Below the pieces are notes generated by a model. It did not search any database, had not been told where the DNA came from, and saw only the letters and a program-made list of their open reading frames with translations. A DNA stretch of 63,026 bases, counting the filler, from Stramenopiles sp. TOSAG23-2 (Eukaryota): NCBI GenBank assembly GCA_900128395.1. It is 9 parts of 9 records of this genome, joined end to end, with 100 filler letters (N's around TTAATTAATTAA, not from the genome) between each part and the next. Parts side by side here need not be neighbours in the genome. Positions count along the whole stretch, not along the records: positions 42,140 to 49,044 come from LT650385.1; positions 49,145 to 56,036 come from LT650386.1; 7 more parts are not named here. One strand, 5' to 3'. The translations under genes and the position numbers were made by a program. Positions 43,695 to 54,412 of this stretch are shown here, one piece after another. The stretch's first letter is position 1, and each line of letters starts with the position of its first letter.

Positions 43695-44192
43695 GTGTGT
43701 ACAAATAGTCGTCTGATTCATTCATTCAGTTATACAGGATTTTGTACAATTCTATATAATATCATCATGATGATACGAATACATGTATTATCATCGTCTG
43801 TACATAATAATTCATTGTTATTTACTATATTTATAAATAGTATTATTATTATATCAACATGTATGGCACAAACAACAAGTGATGAAAATGGTGATACTAG
43901 AAATGAAATGATAGCAATAGTAGTTGGAATTGTTGCTGGGCTTTGTTTATTAGTAGCTTGTAAATCGTTTTGCAATCCTTGTAAAAAGCGTAACGATGAA
44001 GAAATCAAAGAAGTTGTACGAATTATACCAATTGGTACAAATGTACCAATGGGAAATGCAAATCAACAAGCAGATCAGTTTTGGGAAGAAGAAAAACCAA
44101 AATCAGCTAAAGAAATATTTGATGAAGGTGAACAAGCTAGTAAAGATCATCGAAATAGCACCACATTTTATACGTCGTTCTTTTCGCTCTAA
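43695..44192 (+). CDS. Hypothetical single-pass membrane protein (3' end doubtful)
   Basis: Signal-like and TM segments (IAIVVGIVAGLCLLVAC); 3' end overlaps a convergent coding-like frame. Confidence 0.45.
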   Translation: MCTNSRLIHSFSYTGFCTILYNIIMMIRIHVLSSSVHNNSLLFTIFINSIIIISTCMAQTTSDENGDTRNEMIAIVVGIVAGLCLLVACKSFCNPCKKRNDEEIKEVVRIIPIGTNVPMGNANQQADQFWEEEKPKSAKEIFDEGEQASKDHRNSTTFYTSFFSL

Positions 44193-44690
44193 TATTTCCA
44201 TCAAATCATGCATATTATCAGATTTAGCAATAAATTCGGCCTGTTCTCGTTTCGTTTTATCACGAAATTGTGGAATTAATTTTCTAGTATCAACTGGGGA
44301 ATGATCTAAAAATTGATGTGCCAATAAACGTTTGCCTAATGCCATTCTATGTCTTAAACGACGCTTTAAAGCTTTACCTTTTGCTGGATTTAATACATCT
44401 TCAACAGTAGCTCTCTTCTTTTGACAGAATTATAAATTCCGACAGAATAAGGTATTAATATATTTAACATTGGAATAGCATTATACAATGTGATGGTATT
44501 AATACTTTTTTAATGACTTGTAAATGTATATACCGGAGTATAAATAGTATTTCGAATTTTTTACATGAAAAAATCAACCTTTTTTCTTCCACTCGTGCAC
44601 TCCCCACACTCAGTCTCAGCTCTCTGGCTTTCTCTTTTCTCTTTAACAAGATATGTGTATATATATATATATATTACATCCTCTTTTTTA

Positions 44691-44888
44691 TTTTATTACT
44701 TTCGTTTTTCAAAAATATCTTTCAACACTGTATTTACTAACTTTGGGTTTGCTTTACCATTTGATTCTTTCAATACTTTACCAACAAAGTTTTATTACTT
44801 TCGTTTTTCAAAAATATCTTTCAACACTGTATTTACTAACTTTGGGTTTGCTTTACCATTTGATTCTTTCAATACTTTACCAACAAAG
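44691..44888. repeat. Exact 99-bp tandem duplication of the gatB 3' end
   Basis: 44691-44789 = 44790-44888. Confidence 0.9.
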
Positions 44889-46539
44889 AAACCAAATAAT
44901 TTCGGTTTTTTACCACTTTCATAATCATTTAATTGTTTTGAATTTTTTTCATCATTAATAATTTTAAAACATATTTCTTCAATTTCATTTACATTACTTA
45001 GCTGTTCCCAATTATTCATTTTAACTATTTCTCGTGGTGAATTATTTTTCAATTCCTTATTATCTTTATCATCAAAAATGATATCTAATACATCTTTACC
45101 AGTTTTTGTAGAAATTTTTTCATCAATCAATAATGTAATAAATTCAACAAAATGATCGTTTGACAATAAATTCATTGATGTTGATGCATCGTTTAATGTT
45201 ACACCAATATTTTTTAACCTTCCAAATACATCATTTGCTAACCAATTCCATACAATTCTTCCAATGTCTGCTGGCGTTGCATCATCATTTGTTGAGGATA
45301 TTTCATTTACGACATTTTCAAAATAATTCACAGCACCTTCTTCTTCCATTAAAACACTGCTTTCATATACAGATAAATTATATTCTTCTTCCAATCGTAA
45401 TCGCATTTGATCAGGTAACTCTGGCATATTTTCTTTTAATTGATCAATTGTTGCATCATCTACATGTAATGGTAATAAATCAGGTTCTGGCATAAAGCGA
45501 TAATCAGCAGCAGCTTCTTTTCTACGCATTCTTAATGTTTTTCCAGATACTGCATCATATCCTCTTGTTTCATGTACTTCAATCGGTGTCCCTTTATCTG
45601 CTAATTCAACTTGTCGTTTAAATTCATAATCAATTGCATTTTGAACACCTTTAATACTATTTAAATTTTTGATTTCAACCCTTTCACCAGATGATAATGG
45701 ACCATCGCCAACAGAAGTATTTGTTTCATTCTCATCATCATCATTCAAATCAGATAATGTGTCTTTGAATATTGATACATTTACATCACATCGTAAATTA
45801 CCTTCTTCCATATTTCCATTACAAGTTCCGATATGCTTTAATACGCTTTGAACTTTACGTACAAACGCAGCTGCCTCATCACTAGAACGCATATCTGGTT
45901 CTGAAACAATTTCCATCAAACCACTACCAGCTCTATTTAAATCAATAAAAATTTTCGTCGGATCTAAATCTCGTATACTTTTTCCTGAATCTTGTTCAAT
46001 TTGTATTCTCGTAATACCAACATCTTTTCTGTATATATCAAATCGTTTAGCATTGTCCCGTGTTTTAGGGACTTCAATTTTTACCTTACCACCAGTCACA
46101 ATTGGTAATCGTTGTTGTGTTATTTGATATCCTTGTGGCATATCTGGATAAAAATAATGTTTACGTTCAAACATGGAACGTTTATTAATATTACCATTGA
46201 ATGCTAAACCTGTTTTAATAGTTTGCTCTACACAATATTTATTTAATGAAGGCATTGTACCAGGTATGGCTGCATCAAACAATGTGACTAGTTCATTTGG
46301 TTTGTCTAGATCAAAAGACGTAGATGCATCGCTAAATAATTTTGTATTAGATGATATTTGAGCATGTATTTCAATTCCGACACATACTTTGTATTCATTT
46401 ACATTTGAATTATTATTATTTGTAATTGTTGATGTTGTAAATAAACATTTCTTTTTATTACTATTACTACATACAAAAAACTATCTTTTATTGATTTGAT
46501 ATTTTTAAATTGATTGCCATTTAAATACGATCTTAGCAT
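44795..46539 (-). CDS. gatB: Glu-tRNA(Gln) amidotransferase subunit B, mitochondrial; 1-nt frameshift in a homopolymer near 46475-46480
   Basis: VGIEIHAQ, RKHYFYPDMPQGYQITQ, IQIEQDSGKS, DLNRAG, LRCDVNVS, YRFMPEPDL; adding one base to the run links ATG 46539 and a presequence-like N-terminus. Confidence 0.95.
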
Positions 46540-46771
46540 GATTACTTATATAATTTAATATCTAAAGATTTATATAACAATAACTGTTATTATTCAATTA
46601 TGTATTGTCTTATGTATAGCTAATGATGGTGAAAATATACCATCTATACGACGGAGTAATATTCAATCATCTAACGATGATGACAAAAATCAATTATGTT
46701 TTGAAAATGGTATCTATTTTAAACAATTATTAGCTGGTGTCGATTATGCAAAAGTTTCAAAGGCAACAAAT

Positions 46772-47572
46772 ATGTTTGAACAGCAGTCGTTTCGTTTTGC
46801 TGAACAAATGAAAAACTATGTATATCTTATAGGCGATCTTTCTACCGGAGAATGCATTGTAGTTGATGGTTGCTGGGATGTGAAGGGTATTAAACGTTAT
46901 GCAAAAAAAGATGGGATGAAAATTAAACATTATGTTGCAACACATTATCATTACGACCACATTGGTGGTGAAGTAACTATGGAACCTTTCAAATCAAAAA
47001 ATATTAAATTGCCAGGATTAAGAGAATTTGTATTAGGGATCAAAACCAAAAATCGAATGAAACGATTGAAAGACAATAGCGTTCCACCAATTGCTCAAGC
47101 ATATATCTCTGAAGTTGAATTGGAAGAAGCTGCAAAAAGAACACAGACACCACAGGTCTATTTTTCTGCATTAAAAGATTATTCTACCCTTGATCTTGGA
47201 GATCGAATTAGATTAACTTTCCGTCATACTCCAGGTCATTCTCCAGGTTCCATGGTTATTTTAGTGAGTAAAATTGATGTTGATGATGAACCATTATTTA
47301 TGATCAGTGGAGATACTTTATTTCCGGGTTCGTGTGGAAGAGTTGATTTACCAGAGTCTGATCCTGTCTCAATGTGGGATTCGTTACAAACAATTAAACA
47401 AACATATAAAAATGATTTAATAGTTTATCCTGGACATGGTTATAGCAAATCAAATACAACGATTGGAAATGAAAAACGTAATGGCTTATTAGGGATTACG
47501 AAAACACAATGGATGTCTGGTAGAAAGAAAAAAAAAGTTCAGAAAATCAATTTGTATAAGAAGGAAACATGA
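46772..47572 (+). CDS. Metallo-beta-lactamase-fold hydrolase (glyoxalase II-like); frame open upstream to 46559
   Basis: THYHYDHIGG, HTPGHSPGS, SGDTLF, YPGHGY; upstream in-frame IYFKQLLAG. Confidence 0.9.
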   Translation: MFEQQSFRFAEQMKNYVYLIGDLSTGECIVVDGCWDVKGIKRYAKKDGMKIKHYVATHYHYDHIGGEVTMEPFKSKNIKLPGLREFVLGIKTKNRMKRLKDNSVPPIAQAYISEVELEEAAKRTQTPQVYFSALKDYSTLDLGDRIRLTFRHTPGHSPGSMVILVSKIDVDDEPLFMISGDTLFPGSCGRVDLPESDPVSMWDSLQTIKQTYKNDLIVYPGHGYSKSNTTIGNEKRNGLLGITKTQWMSGRKKKKVQKINLYKKET

Positions 47573-47586
47573 GAGAAAGGTTGTAT

Positions 47587-47842
47587 GCTAGAGTGTATTT
47601 TACTTTTATTATCTCAATAAATCTCCTCTCATGATTGCTATATTTAGCTTTTTAGGAGCGCGGCATCACAGAGTGGTATTTGCTGGTATTAATAATATCC
47701 TGTGAATTAAAATAGCTAGAGTGTATTTTACTTTTATTATCTCAATAAATCTCCTCTCATGATTGCTATATTTAGCTTTTTAGGAGCGCGGCATCACAGA
47801 GTGGTATTTGCTGGTATTAATAATATCCTGTGAATTAAAATA
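47587..47842. repeat. Exact 128-bp tandem duplication
   Basis: 47587-47714 = 47715-47842. Confidence 0.9.
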
Positions 47843-47915
47843 CCAGGTATGATGATATATTTATAATTCATTCATTTTATTTTTTATATAATAAAAATAT
47901 ATATACGAATATAAA

Positions 47916-48776
47916 ATGGAAATTATCACATCATTGATAATATATATCAGAATGTCAGCACTGGTGGTGGGCAATGATGATGCTGTTGGTACCTCAGCCG
48001 ATTCCTTCACCTCCAACTCCACGGAACAACAACAAGCTACAGAAGCCCCGTGTTGTTACATGGGGTATTGTCCGAAATGTGAAACAAATGCATCCATAGA
48101 AGTTGAACAATGGGATGTAGAAGGGGAACATTTGTCATTTAATTTTATATCTTTAATTTGCGACGAGGATACTGAAGATAATCCTCTTATCTCTATCAAT
48201 GGGGGATACGGTAGTATTGATGAAGATGGGGCGCCTTTTATAAAAGAAGCTGAGCTGCCTGATGGACACGTAGCGATGGTAACTTATTTTTCCAAACATC
48301 CATTGAAAGAAAATGAAATATTTACAATGGTATGGGACCAATCAAACCGTGATGGAGAGCTTGCTGTAGGCCTTGCAACAGGATTTATGCCTATGTCTAC
48401 CATAGAAGAAAATATTCCTACCAGTATGATCAGTCTAAATGTATATGATGAACATCTGAATTTGTTCATTCCGGATGAAATAGCACAGGAAGGCCATGTG
48501 TATGAGTATGAACAAACTCATTTGATTCAAAAACACAAATGCAATCTTGTGGCACGGCCTGGAACACGAATATCAATTAAAATGACAGGGGGAAACATAC
48601 CATTAGTACAGTTTGGAAATTTAAACAAGGGTAATTGGTATCCATGGTGCCCAGACGGTGCTGGTTTAAAGCCGGGGGAGGATGGGTGCCTGTATCCCGT
48701 CATAAGCCTGGTCTGTAAGAAAGGGAAAGCATCGCCAATAGTCAGAAATATTCGCATCGTTCAATCATCTGTTTAA
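47916..48776 (+). CDS. Hypothetical protein with possible SPRY/NHR-like beta-sandwich
   Basis: YFSKHPLKENEIF...GELAVGLAT and LYPVISL resemble NHR/SPRY motifs. Confidence 0.5.
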   Translation: MEIITSLIIYIRMSALVVGNDDAVGTSADSFTSNSTEQQQATEAPCCYMGYCPKCETNASIEVEQWDVEGEHLSFNFISLICDEDTEDNPLISINGGYGSIDEDGAPFIKEAELPDGHVAMVTYFSKHPLKENEIFTMVWDQSNRDGELAVGLATGFMPMSTIEENIPTSMISLNVYDEHLNLFIPDEIAQEGHVYEYEQTHLIQKHKCNLVARPGTRISIKMTGGNIPLVQFGNLNKGNWYPWCPDGAGLKPGEDGCLYPVISLVCKKGKASPIVRNIRIVQSSV

Positions 48777-49144
48777 AAAAAATGTAAAGTCTTATACTAT
48801 ATGCATATCTTTCTTTGCCCACCTCTGGTAAATTGACCGATATTAAAGCACATAAGGGGAAGAATATTTAAAAAATAATTAATTTTTTTATTCGTACGCG
48901 TATATATATTTTTATGAAGAGTATGTGTTTTATATAATATAAATATTTATTATAATAAGAATATATATATACAAAACAAACAAAAGAGTGAAACATTTTT
49001 TACTCTGCATCTTCTTCCCCACCATTTGCATTATTTTTCTCCGCNNNNNNNNNNNNNNNNNNNNNNNNNNNNNNNNNNNNNNNNNNNNTTAATTAATTAA
49101 NNNNNNNNNNNNNNNNNNNNNNNNNNNNNNNNNNNNNNNNNNNN

Positions 49145-51538
49145 GTTTTGAACCGCGAATTTCAAAAAACTGGTGGACGCGTATTGATACGTCTAGGTGA
49201 TCAAGAAATTGATTTTTCTCCATCTTTTTCGATGTATCTTACAACCAGGGATCCATTTTTCAAATTTACTCCAGACGTTTGCAGTCGTGTTACTTTTGTT
49301 AATTTCACAGTGACACCATCCAGTTTAGAAAGGCAATGTTTAGGCAGGGTTTTGAAAGCGAAACGACCAGATATTGACAAACAAAGATCTGATTTATTGA
49401 AGTTGCAGGGAGAGTACCAAGCGCGACTGCGTGAATTAGAGGGAATCCTTTTACAAAAAATTGCAAGTGTAGAAGGTACAATTCTAGATGACGATAAAGT
49501 TATATCTGCGCTAGAGAATTTAAAGCGTGAGGCACGCGAGGTCAATGCGAAAGCTGCGAATGCGAACGAAGTAATGAAAACTGTTGTCGAAACAAGCTCC
49601 CGTTTTCAATCTGTTGCAAATGTTTGTAGTACTGTTTATTTCTCAGTGGCATCATTACGAAAAGTTCATTATTTATACCAATTTTCTTTATCTTTTTTCT
49701 TTCAAGGTTTGGATGCTGTATTATCCGATGAGGGAAGCAATGAAACAAATCTTAGTTTAGAGATCGTTAAAAAGATTTATTACATGGTGTCACGCGGTAT
49801 GTTGCGCGACGATAAGCTTTTGCTTGCTATGCGATTAGCACAGATACTAGCCGAACTTGGTGAAAATCAATTAGATGAATTATTTGCTGTAACACAATCA
49901 CAAAAGGATGTGGACATTAGTGCTGCCGAATTGGGACCATTTGAAACTTTAGTATGGTCTAAATCTAACAAAGCTGATTCTGTAATTCAATATGCTGAGA
50001 CCTGGGTAAGCAGTATTCTCGGGAAAAATGTAATACGGGAAGCCGAGTTTCACTTAAAAGATGTTATCGAGGAAGAAAGCTTACCACACGTACCCATCTT
50101 GCTATGCTCCTTGCCCGGTTATGATGCTAGTGGACAAGTGGTTAATATTGCTGACAAAGGAAAAAGCTTAAAATCCTTATCAATGGGATCAGATTCCGGT
50201 TTCGCCATGGCTGAGAAATATGTTATGACAGCAGCTCAGAAGGGAAGTTGGGTTCTATTACGAAACATTCATTTATGCCCAAAGTTCATAGTCCGCTTAG
50301 AGAAGCAATTGCATTCTTTGCGCCCTGCACCGACGTTCCGTCTATTTTTAACCGCAGAGGTCAATCCAAACATACCTCAAAGTTTAATTTTGCTATCGCA
50401 GACTTTTGTCTTTGAACCACCAGCAGGTATTAAAGCAAGTCTTACACGTAGTTTAATGGCGGTGCCCGAGAGCAGAATGAATCAAGCACCAGCTGAACGT
50501 GGGCGTGTGTATTTCTTGTTGATGTGGTTCCACGCCTTAGTGTTGGAGCGCTTACAATACGTTCCCATCGGTTGGAGTAAATCCTATGAATTCTCATCCT
50601 CCGATCAAAATTGCAGTTTACGGTCTATCGATGAATGGATCGAGCGTGTTGCAAATGGCAGAATGCATGTTGCGCCTGAAGAAATTCCATGGGATGCACT
50701 AAGAGCCATTTTAGGACAAAGCTTTTATGGTGGTCGAGTGGATAATAAGTTTGACCAAGCATTATTAGATAGTTTTTTGAATGACCTGTTTTCACCAAAA
50801 AGTTTCGATAAAAATTTCAGTTTATGTGAGGGGATTATTGCACCCGAGGGTACAAAGCATAAAGATTTCATGACATGGGTGGAGGAGCTACCAAATAATA
50901 ATTCCCCTACATGGATGGGCCTATCTGCTTCCGCAGAAAATGTCATATTAGAACACAAAGGAAAAAGCGTATTGAAAAAATTATTTATGATACAAGATGC
51001 TGCTGCTATTGTAGGCACAAGTGCTGGAAAAGAGGATGGTGATGATAATGAAGGGCAAAACAGTGCAAGTGACAAAAATAAAACATTAAATTCTACAATT
51101 TTTCAAAATGCTCTGATGAAGTCCAGGCAAGCAATGGCAAAATCGAAATCTATTTCATTAGACAGTTTGACTTTAACAATAGACTTTGAGCGTAAGAGTA
51201 CAGATGGGACTACGGATGTTGAATTTTGTGTCCAGGGTTTGTATTTAGAAGGTGCGGAGGTTGAAGGTAATATTTTAAAGCTAAGTGATCAAGGTAAATG
51301 GAATTTATCTATTACAACGTTTTCATGGCGTGAAAAAGAGGCAAGTGATGTGGATGCTGCTGATAACAGTGCTTCTATAAAGAAGAATGAGTTACTAATT
51401 CCATTTTACTTTGATGCTGGGAGACATGAGCTAATTGCATCTGTACCTGTAAAATATGATATAAGCGGCAGTGTTACAGCACAACAATATTTACAAAGGG
51501 GTGTTGCTATGGTTGTTGGTGATGATTGTAAATTGTAA
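49145..51538 (+). CDS. DYNC1H1: Cytoplasmic dynein-1 heavy chain, C-terminal fragment (AAA5 to C-terminus)
   Basis: TGGRVLIRLGDQEIDFSPSF, VTFVNFTVTPSSL, WVLLRNIHL, FEPPAGIKASL, YGGRVDNKFD. Confidence 0.92.
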   Translation, partial: VLNREFQKTGGRVLIRLGDQEIDFSPSFSMYLTTRDPFFKFTPDVCSRVTFVNFTVTPSSLERQCLGRVLKAKRPDIDKQRSDLLKLQGEYQARLRELEGILLQKIASVEGTILDDDKVISALENLKREAREVNAKAANANEVMKTVVETSSRFQSVANVCSTVYFSVASLRKVHYLYQFSLSFFFQGLDAVLSDEGSNETNLSLEIVKKIYYMVSRGMLRDDKLLLAMRLAQILAELGENQLDELFAVTQSQKDVDISAAELGPFETLVWSKSNKADSVIQYAETWVSSILGKNVIREAEFHLKDVIEEESLPHVPILLCSLPGYDASGQVVNIADKGKSLKSLSMGSDSGFAMAEKYVMTAAQKGSWVLLRNIHLCPKFIVRLEKQLHSLRPAPTFRLFLTAEVNPNIPQSLILLSQTFVFEPPAGIKASLTRSLMAVPESRMNQAPAERGRVYFLLMWFHALVLERLQYVPIGWSKSYEFSSSDQNCSLRSIDEWIERVANGRMHVAPEEIPWDALRAILGQSFYGGRVDNKFDQALLDSFLNDLFSPKSFDKNFSLCEGIIAPEGTKHKDFMTWVEELPNNNSPTWMGLSASAENVILEHKGKSVLKKLFMIQDAAAIVGTSAGKEDGDDNEGQNSASDKNKTLNSTIFQNALMKSRQAMAKSKSISLDSLTLTIDFERKSTDGTTDVEFCVQGLYLEGAEVEGNILKLSDQGKWNLSITTFSWREKEASDVDAADNSASIKKNELLIPFYFDAGRHELIASVPVKYDISGSVTAQQYLQRGVAMVVGDDCKL

Positions 51539-51952
51539 AAGAAAATACGAACGTATTAAAAATGTATGGATTCGTATGATATTTGATATGATGTTATCAT
51601 ATATAATATATTAAAAATTGTAATATTTCATTTAATTGTCATATCTATCATATTTATAAAAGTACATATATACGAGTACCAGGGTAATGCATAACTTATA
51701 CGTACGAGTCTCTTATTTATATATATTAATATATATATATATTCCATATTATATATATTATAAAAATTATATTTAAAATACGAACGTCGTATACGATTCG
51801 TACGAGCACATTATGATTAAATATCTCATTATAAAAATAAAGAAGAAATTAACATGAACAATTTTAATATTTCAAGTGTATAAAAAAAACAATATCTTGA
51901 ATTTTATTTTTATTAAAAAAAAGAATTTTCACTCATATTATACATACACACT

Positions 51953-52627
51953 CTAATACATGCCAGCACCACTTAAACCACCACCACCACCTATAAATTT
52001 CTCCTCTATTCTTTTAGCATCATCCCTTTCTCTTTTAAGACGAAGTGAAAATATATCATCGCCTGCCTTTGTAATTTTAGCATCATCTTTAGAAATTGGC
52101 ATATGTCCCATTCTCATCTTAATAAATAACTGCTTAGCGCCTTTCAGTTTTTTTATCCATTCATCACGTTTTGCACGGGTTGTCGCGCGTAAATAGTATT
52201 CTTTCCTGATAGTCCTAATTAAAAATAGACAATTACTATCTTCTTCTTCATCTGACAAGGTATGGAAAGTTGCATCTTCGATAGGGACTGGAACTCCTTT
52301 GGGTCTTTCACTATTTCTATCAACATAACGAAATAAATAACCACCTCTTAAAAGAAAAAGCCTCTTTTTATACACTGGTTTATCAAGGCCGCAGCATGGT
52401 ATACATTTTAACATACCATGATATCGCCACGATCGCTTCATCAAAAAGCCACTTTTGAAAGCATCTGCATTTATAGCATTTCCATCGTCATCACTTAACA
52501 AGTCAATTGCAGATGGAATATTTGTTGAACCTTTTTTAAACTCTGACATACTTAAAAGAAATTGACCTTCGTGTACTTGTTCGTCTTCGTCGTCCGATTC
52601 TGTTTGTCCAATTTGCCTTTGCCTCAT
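51953..52627 (-). CDS. PH-domain protein
   Basis: KSGFLMKR...YKKRLFLLRGGYLFRY...PKG...YYLRA...RDEWIKKL; first ATG at 52627. Confidence 0.85.
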   Translation of the reverse strand: MRQRQIGQTESDDEDEQVHEGQFLLSMSEFKKGSTNIPSAIDLLSDDDGNAINADAFKSGFLMKRSWRYHGMLKCIPCCGLDKPVYKKRLFLLRGGYLFRYVDRNSERPKGVPVPIEDATFHTLSDEEEDSNCLFLIRTIRKEYYLRATTRAKRDEWIKKLKGAKQLFIKMRMGHMPISKDDAKITKAGDDIFSLRLKRERDDAKRIEEKFIGGGGGLSGAGMY

Positions 52628-53072
52628 AGATAAAAACAATGAAGGTTTATGTATTTGATCGTCTTCGTCGTCCGAATCTGTTTGTCCAATTGGTCTTTGC
52701 CTTATATTTTTGTGTATATAATAATGACAACTCGCTTCTATCTTTTTTATATTTTTTTTAAATTTCTTAGTAAAATAATTATTTAAATGTGCAAACTGGC
52801 AAAGAAGACGTGGTTTATTATTATTTTATTATGGTGCAAAAAATAATGAAAATAAGAAGAAACAAACCAAAACAAAATGATAAAATTAAAATGATGTTAA
52901 TGTGATGCTAATAGCCACCATGCTACAGTACAGTATTATAATATAATAGAATTCGATTTGCAAGCCGGTGGACTGACGTATTCCAGGTATTGTGCTATCA
53001 TACATGTACTATTGTACCAGGTATAAATAAAAACATATAATACTACCAGCATACTAAATTATTATACATAGC

Positions 53073-53891
53073 TGTCAAAATTGTGACAGTTGCGCAGATT
53101 GTGCAGGTTCACAAAGAAGTTCAAATGGTAATCCTGTATGTACAATATGTTTAGAAGAAGTTATAGAAAGTGACAATAATAAAAAGGTATTACATTGTAA
53201 CCATACTTTTCATAAAAATTGTATTGTAAAATATCTTTGTCACATTCACAATCATCGTAACCCATAGGATAAAAATTTTGTTGTGATACCGACACAATTT
53301 TTAAGCATGCAAGAGGCGCTAGTATTTATTGCGCCAGTCACCCTCTTTAGTGCATATGATAATCCATTATTGGGAGTTGCTAATGTTGTTTTATCTTCTT
53401 TATTAGCGAAAATTACAAAAACTCGTTTTAATTTACTGCAAAATAGTTCTGTAGAAAACAATTTAATTTCAGGCCTTCAAATTACGACTAGTACTAATCG
53501 AGTGACACGTATATTATTAGGGGTTGTTCATGCCATAGCCACTGCCAAATTAGCGCTCAAAGGACAAAAAGATTTAAATAAAAACATAAAAGAAAATGAT
53601 GGCAAGATAACGTTTGGAGGCTTGCTTTGGCAAACATATAATCTCTTTGGTGTTTTACTTCTAGGTCTTGTTGCGGGCACTTGGCTCTCTACCGGGTACT
53701 ATGGACAGTGAGGCAAAGGAGCCCGTGGTTTGTGGAATCCAGATGGGCTCGGCTGGCGAATGATGCCAGAAGCGTTGAAAAAGCCTTTTGTTGACCAATT
53801 TAAAGTTACTACTTCGAATTCCCTTAGGGCAGGTACAGCTTATGCAATTGTTTTAAGAATATTTGCGTATTTTTATTTTAATAGACGCTAA
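53073..53891 (+). pseudogene. RING-H2-like plus multi-TM reading frame interrupted by TAG (53265) and TGA (53709)
   Basis: CTICLE...LHCNHTFHKNC (last CxxC missing) is in frame with ORF 53283-53711, and the frame stays open for 59 more codons after the TGA. Confidence 0.55.
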
Positions 53892-54412
53892 TATATATAC
53901 GAATCGTAGTATATAAATACATGTCATCAGAAGAAGATAAAAGAAAATAACATACATAGAGAGATATTTAACGTCGTGTAGTATTTAAATGAAGGGAAAA
54001 TTCAAATGAAAGTAATTTAGTTACACAGAATTTACTCTGATAAAATTATTTATTTGTACATCAACATGTTACCACAAAAAGTACAAAATAAAGAAGTAAT
54101 ACAGTCTCGGGCATAAATTGACAGGAAACAATTTTTTTTAAATATTTATAAAAAATTAAAAAATATTACGAAGCCGTACGTATACGTATATTTTAGTAGT
54201 TCGTATAAATTAAATATACACACATATGCATAACTTTATTTTTCATATAAATATTTTAATACACCTCGTATAATTTAAATATGGGCATCATTTAGATAAC
54301 TTAGATTTTAAACCACATCATTTATATGGACATAGGTATCTATAGAGATGTATCATATGCATTTATATTAAAAAATTCTCTTATTTATACAATATATATA
54401 TATATATCATTT

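Noticed and set aside
46475-46480. Programmed frameshift or pseudogenisation of gatB
   Set aside because: A single missing base in a homopolymer of an otherwise intact housekeeping gene is best explained by sequencing or assembly error
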